Assembly: GCF_963921235.1 (NCBI RefSeq)
Contig: NC_086105.1
Span: 109,120,001-109,184,000, forward strand
DNA: 64,000 bases
Direction: 5' to 3'
From: Mobula hypostoma
Taxonomy: Eukaryota
The notes beneath the pieces are model-generated. The model had not been told where the DNA came from and made no database searches. It worked only from the letters and a program-made list of their open reading frames with translations. The translations under genes and the position numbers were made by a program. Of the stretch, positions 53,106 through 64,000 are shown piece after piece. Position 1 is the stretch's first letter. Every line of letters begins with the position of its first letter.

Positions 53106-53936
53106 CAGGCAGTCCCTGGGTTACGAACGAGATCTGTTTCTAAGTCTGTCTTTGTCGAGTTTGTAGGTAAGTCGGAACAGGTACATACAGTTCTTAATTA
53201 GCGTCAGTTAGTCAAATGTTTGTCTTAGTATATAGTATGTATTTTATCATTCCATGCAGAGCTTTTCTTTTTCTCATCATAAATGGCCTTGTAGCAGCTG
53301 AGGCCCTTGGTAACTGTACGGTAAACTTTGGTGAACCTTTCTGTATTAGGATCTTGCTCCTCTAACTTTGCCATCCCTGCTTCAATGAGACGAAAGGCTT
53401 CAGCTATCAAAAACTTTTTCAGTTCTGGAGTTTTTAGGTCCCAGTCTTCTTCCTCAGATGCTATCAACAGTTTATCCTTTAAAATTGTTCCGATCGTTGA
53501 CCGACTGTAGCCTGATGCTTTTCCAATGACCGATGGCGTTTCACCTCTTTCCGATCGCTTTATTATTTCCACTTTATTTTCAATTGTGATCGTTTTCCTG
53601 TTCTTTGCATCACCAGCACTTGCATCGGATTTACGCTTTGGAAGCATGGTCACAAGTGTAAATAAGAGAAAAAATGAAGCCAAATCAAAGTTACACACTC
53701 AACACAGTGTTAACGGCAACATGATCTGACTTAAAATAGCAGATGGCTTTCTCCTTCCTCAGGCCAACGAACTGCTGAAGCCACACATTGTCTTCATGAG
53801 CATCACAAAGTAGTGCGTGCATTCGTTGTTACGAACCATTGTATTTAACTAAAATTTTTAATATAATAGGCTTTATGGCAGTCCGTTCATAAGTATGAGT
53901 CAGCCGTAAATTGGCCGTTCATAACCCAGTTGCCTG
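53106..53936 (-). mobile_element. Tigger/pogo non-autonomous transposon inside RPS2 pseudo-exon 6
   Basis: TA TSD at 53104-53105 and 53937-53938; TIRs CAGGCA..TGGGTTAYGAACG; CENP-B/psq-like HTH ORF (RKTITIENKVEII...STIGTILK). Confidence 0.93.
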
Positions 53937-54408
53937 TAGTCTCAGCACTGGTACCCAAGAAACTACTCCAGATGGCTGGTACTGATGATTGCTACACCTC
54001 AGCCAGCGGCTGTACAGCTACACCGGGCAACTTTGGCAAGTCAGAATCCTGATCTTGGCAATAGCATTTCTGTTTATTTTTATGTGTAACTTTTGTGGAA
54101 AAAGTTGTGAATCACTTGGTGTTGGAGTTGTAATTGTTTGAAGGTAGAACAATATGAAATTCAAGCAAACAACAGGAATTCTGCTAAATTATTTGTTTAC
54201 TGGCACCAATGTTAGTAGTAGTTGGAAACCATTATAAATTATGTGACTTTATCACTTAGTTATGCTCAGTATAAAATATTTTTTGTGTGTCTTAGTTCTA
54301 CATAATTTAAGCTGCTGGTCTGTAATAGTGAGAGAGGGAAATGGAAAAAAAATGTTTTTTTTAAAAGGTGAACACTGAATTTCAAGTTTCATTTTTGAAA
54401 CTAACTGA

Positions 54409-54555
<147 letters not shown>

Positions 54556-56848
54556 TGAGAGGTTCTGATATGTGTATAAAGTCACGAGTTTGTTTTAGTA
54601 TTATTGACTTAAACTGAACATGATTATAAAAATAAAATGATTTGCAATTTTTAAAAAATTCAGTCATTAACTTTTCAATGTCAGTACTAAATTGAACCAT
54701 GCATAATAAATTACATTTTTAATTAACTTCTAGGTAATACACTTTCATTTGTATTTAGTGTTGGTATCTGTTTCATTGGTCAGCATTGCCAGCTTTCAAA
54801 TATTTGTTTTTCCTTTTTAGAAGTTCACTGATCACCTGGCCAAAACTCACACCCATGTGTCTGTTCAGAGGTCCCAGTCTGCAGTTGTTCAAGCAACATA
54901 AGCATTTATGAAAGAACTGATCTTGTGTTACTGTGTTCTGATATGATGTAATAGATTTTGAATGAAGTATGTAGGAAGTTATAAATTACTTGCCAAATTA
55001 TTTTTATATGGCATGGGTATACAGGTAATATCAAATGTAGTTGCATTTTATATAATACCCTTTGGCTCTGTTGGGTGTCAATCAGGAGTTGTGAAAGGAG
55101 TCTCTGTCCTCCCTGTGGAATGCAAGGGTTTTCTCTGGTTTCCTCCCACAGACCAAGTGATGATAAACCTGATTCAGATATGGGTCTTTTTTTCTACTGA
55201 GTGGAAAGGGGAATTATGGTTGGGAAAAGGGGGAAGAGTGGGAAGCACCAGAGAGGCATCCTGTAATGATCAATAAACAAATTGTTGGAAATCCAATTTT
55301 CATGTGATTATATTTCTTTTAGTTGAATGGCAGTTATTGAATTTGCAAACTTTAATAAAACAATTTTATAGGTTGTATTTTGTAATAGATCTATGACCAG
55401 GTGCCCTGCATCAGCATCCTGATGATCCATACAAGTTCCTTGGTTTATGTATATTCATCTTTACTGTGCAAAATGTAGAATTCAGTGTATAGAATTGATC
55501 TGCAAACCCGCTGAAGCTCCATTTAATTATTTATTGACCTACAATGTGGAGCAGGCTCTTCTAGCCACACTGCCCACTAATTTTCTTGTCTATTGTAATT
55601 GAATTACTTCTGAACAGCATGTATATGCCAACTACATTTTGAAAGCTGGTTTCATGTACCACAATGATTAGCTCTAAAAGACTCTGGTGCTCTAAAGTGT
55701 TATAGCACTACTTCCGAACATCTGTATCTCACATTCTTGTTCGAGAATCAATACTTAAGATATTACCGATAAAACTTGTGATTTGACAAGTTTAGAACGC
55801 TTGGAAAGGGATCCAACAGGCACTCCAGAGGCTGAAGTCCATTTATTCCATCACCCCAGCTCTGCATGATCTAATAACAGATTTAGGCACCTGGCTTTCA
55901 ACTGTCAAGTACCAAAGTTTAATTTCATTCCCAAGCTATAGCAAAATCATCATGATTGTCAAGCATTCCATTGCATTAGTGCAAAGCAAAAAAACCTTCA
56001 TGTGCCCAATATCTGAAATTAAGCAGAAAATGATCAGAAACATTATGGTCAAGCAACACTCAATTTATATCTGAAACACCTGACACCTCAACAAACACCT
56101 TTTCTCAGACTATGAGTAGTAGTTCTTTATATTATTAAAAAAAGTCAGAACAGAGGGACAAAGGGAACATCAAGACAAAGTGCAATCATTCCTTCCCACA
56201 TTAGTCAGAAAACCAGCAGCAATGAAAGTATTAATTCAAGGTTGTTTTCTAATGTGGTCAAAAGATAGTGCTTAATTGAAAGAATAATGACAAAAACATC
56301 AAGCTATTCAACATGTCCACTATTGTTTTATTTCACTTCTAACAGCTAACAATTTCACCTAATCTCAGTACAAGTCTCTAATTTAGTTTTAAGAGCATTA
56401 TACAATTCAGGAATGGTAAATATACTGTTTCAATATCCACTCAGGTGTGGAACCCAGTGTAGTCTTCTGATGCTGTAACCCATCCACTTCAAGATTCAGT
56501 GTGTTGCATGTTCAGAGATCCCTTCTGCACATCACTGTTGTAACAGCTATTTGAGTTACTGTTGCCTTTACATCCGCTTGAACTAGTCTGGCCAATCTCC
56601 AGACCTCATTAACAAGGCATTTTCACCCACAGAACTGCCGCTCAAAGGAGGTTTTCTGCTTTTCACACCACTCTTTATAAACTCTAGAGACTGTTGTGCA
56701 TGAAAACCCCAAGTCAGCAGTTTTTGAGATGCTCAGACCACTCAGCCTGGCACCAATAAGCATTTCACATTCAAAGTCACTGAGATCACATTTCTTCTCC
56801 GTGCTGCTGTTTGGTGAGAACTGTACCTCTTGACCATTAAAAGATGTA

Positions 56849-57527
56849 CAGCGACATGCAAAAGTTTGGGCACCCCTGGTCAAAACAGGACTTTCCCCCC
56901 CAAAATGCATCAGGCTTGTTTAGAAGTTCCTTTGCAAACTTCTGACACTGAATTTTGTGGCGAGGATGCAGGAAAGGTTTTCTTCTGATGACTCTTCCAC
57001 GAGTCATATTTGTGCAAGTGTCGCTGCACAGTAGAACAGTGCACCACCACTCCAGAGTCTGCTAAATCTTCCTGAAGGTCTTTTGCAGTCAAACGGGGGT
57101 TTTCATTTGCCTTTCTAGCAATAATACGAACAGTTCTCTCGGAAAGTTTTCTTGGTCTCCCAGACCTCAACTTGACCTCCACCGTTCCTGTTAACTGCCA
57201 TTTCTTAATCACATTACGAACCGAGGAAACTGCTACATGAAAACGCTTTGCTATCTTTTTATAGCCTTCTCCTTCTTTGTGGGCATCAATTATTTTAATT
57301 TTCAGAGTGGAAGGCAGCTGCTCAGAGGAGCCCATGGCCACTGATTGATGGGACAAGGCTTGAAGCGTCAGGGTATTTATAAAGCTTTGAAATTTGCATC
57401 ACCTGGCCTTTCCTAACGCTGACTGTGAAGAAGCCATAGCCCTAACAAGCTAAAAGGTCTGAAACCTTGGTAAAAGTTATCTGAGAGCTCAGATCTCTTG
57501 GGGTGCCCAAATGTTTGCATGCCACTG
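56849..57527 (-). mobile_element. Tc1-family transposon, internally deleted (same site as 32126-33854)
   Basis: Same TIRs, TA TSD and flanks; the catalytic domain is deleted. Confidence 0.92.
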
Positions 57528-58930
57528 TACCTAACAAAGTGGCCACTGAGTGTGATCATGCTCTTGTGAAAACAATGGGCACACTTCAATCCATTAAACT
57601 TCAGACCTGTAACAAGAATGAAAAAAAAGGTAAGTACTTCTCTTCAAATTACAATTTAACAATTAATCAGACCTTGTGTACAATGGAATCTCAAGTTCAA
57701 ATGACCTTATAACCTTGCACTTTATTTACCTGCACCTTGTAATCACAACACTAATCAGTACTGTTATTGCTTTTCCCTTGTACTAATTTAATGTAATTAT
57801 GCCATGGACTTGCCTGTATAGATAGCCTCCAACATCAAACATTACAATAAACCAATTTAAACTGCTGAATAAAAAAGTGCAACAGAAGTGCTCAACAGGT
57901 CAAGGAAAATCAGAACAGAGTTAACATGACTCTGAGAAGGGAAAATAAAGTTACAGAGGATGGAAGGACAATAGACCCTTGTTTCTAATAGTGCAAGGCT
58001 CAGGTCTTTGAAATTCTAAGAGACCACCCAGTCAAATTAACAGGTGCAGTTAGAAAGAGCACAGAAGCTATGAATAGGGCAGCAAGAACAAAGCACAAGT
58101 TGCAAAATAGTGATTTTTTTTTCCAAGTGTGGGATTAACCATTACATTTTAAAGGTGAACAGATAATCTATCCTGGTGTGGGACAGTGCAATAAGGTCAA
58201 CACTAGTGGCAGTAATGCAGGTGGATTGAGGAGTCACACCTCTGGAACAGAGAACACAGTTTGCATTAACATACTGGGCAAACCTACAAGGGCATTACAA
58301 AGCAAGCAGATAAAACAGCAAAGCAGGCAACAAGATGAGAAGTGTATATCTAAATTACAGTAAAGGTGAAACAAAAATCATTAAAAGTGAAACAAATAAG
58401 TAGATAAAACAAAGGAATGAAGAGAACAGAAAGACATCTTTATAATATCAAGTAGTGGGAAGGTTGAGAAATGCAGGAGGGGGTTAATATTGAGTTTGAG
58501 GTTTGGGTGCATAAAGAAACACAAGAAAGTCTGCATTGGCTGGAAATCCAAAGCAACACACAAAATACAGGAGGAGCTCTGGTCAGGCAGAATCTATGGA
58601 AATGAATAGTCAAATGTAAACTATCTGTTTATTTCCTTGGATGCTGCCTGACCTGCTGAGTTGCTCCAGCGTTTCTGTTGTTTCTAATAAACAAATGGCG
58701 GGTGCAAGTACTGTAATCAACAGTTGAGTATGTACTGATAGCATCAATATAATCAACAGGATGCTTGATTTTAAAGTTATTACGGAATAGAACACTAACA
58801 GTATTTTGCAGAAAGGATCTCAGGATCATTGCTTTAAATATATAGTGCAGTTTTTAAAGAATACAGGTTTTTTAAAAAAATATAGAATTTGATTCAAATA
58901 AACATATAGGATTTAGATATCCTGACTCAC

Positions 58931-60277
58931 ACTCCAGTTCAGAAGGTGGCACTAAGATTGTAGGACTTGCAGCCAGTTGTCAGCTGTGAAAGCCAGGAAC
59001 TAAGTGACTGTACACAAAAGAACAGATGAGGGACAAGAACAGGGCTGGACGACCAAGAGAAAATTAGGCCCACAACCAGGACAGTGTCCAGCAAATTCAG
59101 AAATTTAGATGGAAAGAAGGATATTTGATCAGCAATAGATCAAAAGGGCTGCTTCTGTGCTGCCAATTATGTAAAACATTTGTTGTCAGTTCTGACAGAA
59201 GTCATCAATCTAAAACATTAAAGCCATTTTCCTATCAAGACATCACTTGGACTTTAACTTTTTTGACCTTTCAACATCGTTCCTTGCTGTCCATTTATTG
59301 GTATGCGGGTTTTATCAGCCACAAATAAGAACAGTGGGCAATAAGCTTAGCATACCAGTTAATTTTGGCACACTTATCTTACCAACAACAATAGATAATG
59401 CTGTTGGTAACTTTCAGAGTATGCCACACTCAAACTGGTAAGCCACTCAACTGTAAACAATGACAGCACCATGAAACACTGCTTATTGTCCTTTTAGTCA
59501 CTGCCGATATCAACACAAACTTTGAAGTATCTACATACACACTACCTTGTGAAAAGGAAGCAACACCAACAGGGAGGTACCAAATGATAGCACTCTATTT
59601 AACGTACTTCATATTAAATCAAAATGCTGGAAGAACTCCGCGGTTCATGCAGAATGCCTGGGAGAAAAAAAACAACCACCACCCTTCAAGATCCTTTATC
59701 ACTCTTCCAACAGATTGCTGCTGACGGCGGTGGTATTGATCATTCAGGACCCTCATCATTGGGGATGTGCCCTCTTCTCATTTCTACCATGGGGGAGAGG
59801 CCCACACTCAGCAATTAGAAACACTCTCTCCCCCTCCCCCCCACACTATCAGATATCCAAAATTCATGGATATGACTTCGTTTTGTGCTGCACTATTTTG
59901 TAGTTCAGAACAATACTCTGTACCTTTAAACTACACTGTTCCCGTAAAATGAAGGCTTTCACAACTATATCATAGATAACAAAGAGAACAGATTATTTTA
60001 ATTAAAGCTCAACAAGTGCAAACACTCACACTGTAACCTTGAAAACGATTTAGAAAAAAAATTCTCCCCACCATCAAATTTTGAACCGCTCGTCAATATC
60101 GTTCTGCACCATTTTATAGTCTAACATGTTAAACATATTTGTATGCGCAACACTTGATACTGCAAATAAGCGTTTTCGATAATGAGGTGCACTGCTGCAA
60201 AACCACTACAATTTGTAGTTTTATACCGTGAATTATCAGACATTTACCTCACCTTCCTTAGACTGCGACACAAAAGG
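58931..60277 (-). ncRNA. Putative 5'TOP non-coding transcript head-to-head with RPS2 (SNHG9-like position), copy 3
   Basis: Exon 1 60277-60253 (CCTTTTGTGTCGCAGTCTAAGGAAG|GTGAGG). Exon 2 59450-59383 (tttacag...|GTAAGA). Exon 3 from 59007 (cttttgtgtacag) to 58971 (GCAAGT) or 58931 (GTGAGT). No ATG in these exons. A possible terminal exon lies at ~56069-55900 with ATTAAA. Confidence 0.55.
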
Positions 60278-60505
60278 CCGCAGCACCGCCGAGCTACCGA
60301 TTTATACCACTACAGCGTCGTCACCACACCTCGTTACCCACCCCAACACTGAATAACACATTAATACAAGCTTGTTTGAGGCCGTTGAATTGCTCCATGC
60401 TCGGTCTGGGCCTGATAATCTGTTGGTTAATCTCGCGAGATCTCGGAAGCTTTAATAGACGCGCGGGCCGGAGTCCGTCCTTCTGTGGAAAATTATCACG
60501 TAAGT
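60198..60505. promoter_or_regulatory. Bidirectional CpG-rich promoter, copy 3
   Basis: TCTCGCGAGA palindrome (BANP/'Kaiso'-type motif common in ribosomal protein promoters) at 60431-60440. Minus-strand TATAAA at 60306-60301, 29 nt before CCTTTT at 60277. The divergent starts are ~200 bp apart. Confidence 0.8.
60479..60499 (+). other. RPS2: RPS2 non-coding exon 1 (pyrimidine start)
   Basis: CCTTCTGTGGAAAATTATCAC|GTAAGT. A short pyrimidine-initiated exon spliced to CAAATG resembles vertebrate RPS2. The exact TSS is inferred. Confidence 0.8.
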
Positions 60506-61597
60506 AGGTTGTTGGGGGATCCTCGGTAATCGGTGCCATATCCCAGCCATCTGCCCTTCAGGCCTCCCGTCTAGGCTGGGAAGCATTCTTCTCCAATTAA
60601 TAAACTTATTTTGTTGGTCTTTTTCGTGTCCGATGAGGATCTAATTGATGGTGAGGTGTTTAATACTGACCGAGTTCTGGGGCTTCTATACCCCGGTTAG
60701 GCCAAGAGCCGGACTGGACGAGCAACCGCGTTGATTTCCGTACAGTAGTGGATTGTATCGGTTTTCTTGCATGAAAAATAGCTCACAGCCCTAACTTAAA
60801 AGGAATCAAATTTCACGTAAGATTCATATGTGACTAGGCTTCGGTAGAAAAATGCATCTAAGTAAATTAAGCTGTAAAATCTTTGCTTTCACTTGAATCA
60901 ACTTCACATCCACGCCTTGGTTAACATATTCAGGAAGTGTGATGAGACGACGCTTTATACTTTTGCAGTTAGCATTTTGTTTAAAAATACAACAGCGTAT
61001 TCGAGTACAAAGTGCAGTGATTACAGGTGGAATTGGTATTGGTGTCATGCTCGATGTTTAGCCCTCCGTGTAATTGATGGTACAACCCCAGCTTGGTTGT
61101 GTATTTATTGTAATGAGTGGGAATTTTCAGTAAGTAAATTGGCTGCTGTTGTCAATGATAGTGACAGGCAAATAATTTTAAAAGTTATTTCATTAAAATC
61201 TTTGAGGTCCATTAATAGGGCAGTACTTCATCCATTGGTGACTGAAAATTCTAACCTCTTGTATTTTTTTTACTGTACACCAACCGTAGAGACACTCGCT
61301 TAGCATCTGGGAGGTTTGAATCTGTTTCTTTAGTGAGAAACATAAAAAAGAAGGAATAGTAACTAGAGTTTTGTAATAGTGGGTGATGATTGGATAGTGA
61401 GGTACCAGGATGTGATTTATAATAAAATCAGGGAATGCTATACAAGAACAATTTTATTTATGTAATGATGCATATTTATTGTTTTACTGCTGTGGGCAAT
61501 TATTAATTTAGATCTGTCTAGAATGTAGATTTTACTCTGCTTTTGAAATCTGAATGTGTTGCTACTACACACTGATATATTTTTTGCTTTATAGCAA

Positions 61598-61732
61598 ATG
61601 GCGGACGACGCCGGTGGTAGAGGAGGATTTCGTGGTGGGTTTGGTTCTGGCGGCCGTGGGCGTGGTCGAGGCCGCGGTAGGGGTCGTGGTCGAGGCCGGG
61701 GTGCACGTGGTGGTAAAGCTGAAGATAAAGAA
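61598..61732 (+). CDS. RPS2: 40S ribosomal protein S2 (uS5), exon 2 (first coding exon, RGG repeats)
   Basis: Acceptor tttatag|CAAATG; translates [45 protein letters not shown]; donor GTAAGA. Confidence 0.97.
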
Positions 61733-61813
61733 GTAAGATTCACAATTGAGTAAATGAAATAGTTCTTGACTTTTTTGTGTATATGCACAAACTTGTTGTG
61801 GGGTTAGTTCTGA

Positions 61814-61936
<123 letters not shown>

Positions 61937-62022
61937 TGACAATTTCATATTCTTACTATGACACATTTTTATAATTACTCATGTGAAACATTGTCCTGAG
62001 TTTAAAGCTTGTTTTTGTATAG

Positions 62023-62193
<171 letters not shown>

Positions 62194-62225
62194 TAAATTT
62201 TAAATTTCCTTTTTAAAATTTTCAG

Positions 62226-62399
62226 GCTTTTGTTGCTATTGGAGATTATAATGGCCATGTTGGATTGGGTGTCAAATGTTCAAAAGAAGTAGCCACTGCC
62301 ATTCGAGGAGCTATCATTCTGGCAAAACTATCTATCATTCCTGTACGACGTGGTTATTGGGGTAACAAAATTGGAAAACCACACACTGTACCTTGCAAG
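62226..62399 (+). CDS. RPS2: RPS2 exon 5 (gene continues beyond the window)
   Basis: [58 protein letters not shown]; followed by the non-canonical donor AAG|GCAAGT. Confidence 0.96.
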
Positions 62400-63131
62400 G
62401 CAAGTTCACATACTGATTTAATTCTTCATTTAATGTGGTAAGGTTTCAGTTATATTTGTGGTTCTGTGAAGGACAGTGATATAGCAAATACCTGGCACAA
62501 CATAAATAATTCAGACAATTGTTGGGTATTTTGGCTGCATTAAGATGAATAAGTGTATGTATAGGGGCAAATAAAGGGGTATGTATGGATCCAAGTCGTT
62601 CTGCCATTGAGAGTTGCGTGTACTTTGTCCCTTTAGGACAGAGAAAAGGAAAGGTATTCTAGTATGGAAAGATAATAGGTTTTCCATGTCTGATAATGTA
62701 ATGTTAAGCAGTGTTACCTGCATATTATTTTTATGCAGCACTCTGTCCAAAGCCATTGGATCTTTTGTACTCCATATTACAGGCATATATATTCCTCACC
62801 ATTTTCATTGTATTCTGAACAGAACTTTGTATAACTTTGCTTAATGCTAGTTCCTTAGGTTCTCTAGCTTTGTTTGATTCAGTCCCTACCAACATTTTAA
62901 TGTGTATGCATGTTAAAAGTTCATTTTAAAATGGACGACATCTGCCCTTTCCAGTTCCTTAGTGGTTGCCTTCTGCAGTCTGTTCCGATGAAGGAACTTT
63001 TCCCTGAAATGTTAACCTTTTTGTTCTTGCCACGTATGCAGCCTTACGGGAGTGTTTTGTGGTTTTATTTCTGGTGTGTCACTTGCATTGGTCCTGCATA
63101 TAAAAGTGCTGTCTTCTGACAGGGACTCTTA

Positions 63132-63648
63132 AGGCTGATTTATACTAATGCATCAAATTGATGCCGTAGGTACAGCGTAGCCACGAACCCTACGCAGGGC
63201 CTACACGGACCCCTACGCTATAGTCTGACGCGCACCTCTCCCAAAATGTAACTACACGTCATGGCAACACAGACCGCAACAACTGCGATTGGTCTGCTTG
63301 GTAGCATCGCATTTCCTCCTACACTGCAATAGCTTCCCATTGGCGACTGAAGGGCAGGGAAGGAGCGCTGGCTGCAATGCTTTCCATAAAGCTTTACAGA
63401 CCTCTGAAAGTATGGAGGACACATTTTGCTTTTACGATAAAAGATGCTTGCTTTAAACTTGTTTACCCCGGGAAGGACTACCATGATCATGAAGCCTTGC
63501 ACGGGCAGGTGTGTGCGCATGCGCGACATGCCCGAATTGCAGAGCAGTGATGCAGACACACCAACGCACAAGTATAAATGCTCATAACGCGCGTAGGCCA
63601 CTTGCGTAGGTTATGGCATCCGTTGGTCGCACAAATATAAATCAGCCT
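63132..63648. mobile_element. PIF/Harbinger-type MITE in RPS2 intron 5 (copy 3)
   Basis: TIRs AGGCTGATTTATA; 3-bp TSD TTA; empty site 'ttcttagtctg' in copy 2 (~47270). Confidence 0.85.
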
Positions 63649-64000
63649 TTAGTCTGTAGAAGTTGCACGTTTTCAAACAGTATCTGTCTTGCTGTGGCCC
63701 TGGTGCGAATTGCACCAAATTGAGTCCAATTTGTGCGGAACCTGTTTTTGTAGTTCACTTTCTGCCTGTTCCAGAATGAATGCCAGTGTCACAATGTTTC
63801 TTAGCCATTTATTCATCTGCTTATCCCAAATGCTAGTTGCCATGTGGCAGTGGTTAACAAAATATAGGCAAAATCTCAAAAGTCTGTTGTAAAATGTAGG
63901 TCCTCGCGTCCAAAGTAATAACAACTGCGTCTTTCCAAACAAATGTACTTTCTACATGGCTTGAACTATTCCATATGCCGACGCCAGAGCAGCCCACTGA

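Noticed and set aside
58725-58870. Minus-strand H/ACA candidate (AAAATA, hairpin, ACA)
   Set aside because: The 3' hairpin is plausible, but there is no convincing 5' hairpin and the H box is altered in copy 1.
59120-59215. Minus-strand C/D snoRNA candidate (TGATGA...CTGA)
   Set aside because: The C box is not kept in copy 1, the terminal stem is weak, and I recognised no rRNA guide.
62560-62720. Possible SNORA10/SNORA64-like H/ACA snoRNA in RPS2 intron 5 (stem followed by AGAGAA)
   Set aside because: No properly placed ACA box, and the 3' half is not conserved in copy 2. An Rfam search is needed to decide.
62941-63120. Conserved structured-looking segment in RPS2 intron 5
   Set aside because: Resembles an old Penelope terminal repeat (gatgaagg...tgaaatgttaac); its similarity to copy 2 is explained by the duplication.

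Overview
Vertebrate genomic DNA. The repeat content (Penelope, CR1, RTE, Rex1, Tc1, hAT, Helitron) suggests a cartilaginous fish, which is an inference. The window is a tandem segmental triplication of one module: a head-to-head promoter that drives RPS2 (40S protein uS5) on the + strand and a short-exon, apparently non-coding TATA/5'TOP transcript on the - strand, in the position human SNHG9 occupies. Copy 1 (<1-~9530) keeps only RPS2 exon 1 and most of intron 1. It is followed by a disrupted RNF151-like RING/TRAF-zinc-finger gene and then by a scrap matching RPS2 intron 7. Copy 2 (~28434-55580) holds a complete but dead RPS2, with a lost exon-1 donor, a Tigger insertion in exon 6, a frameshift and missense changes. 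Copy 3 (~55580->64000) holds intact RPS2 exons 1-5 and is probably the functional gene. A 164-bp block containing the minus-strand promoter and exon 1 is identical in all three copies while its flanks diverge. Much of the rest is nested transposable elements, many with boundaries definable against empty sites in sister copies. These include Penelope elements with minimal hammerhead ribozyme motifs.
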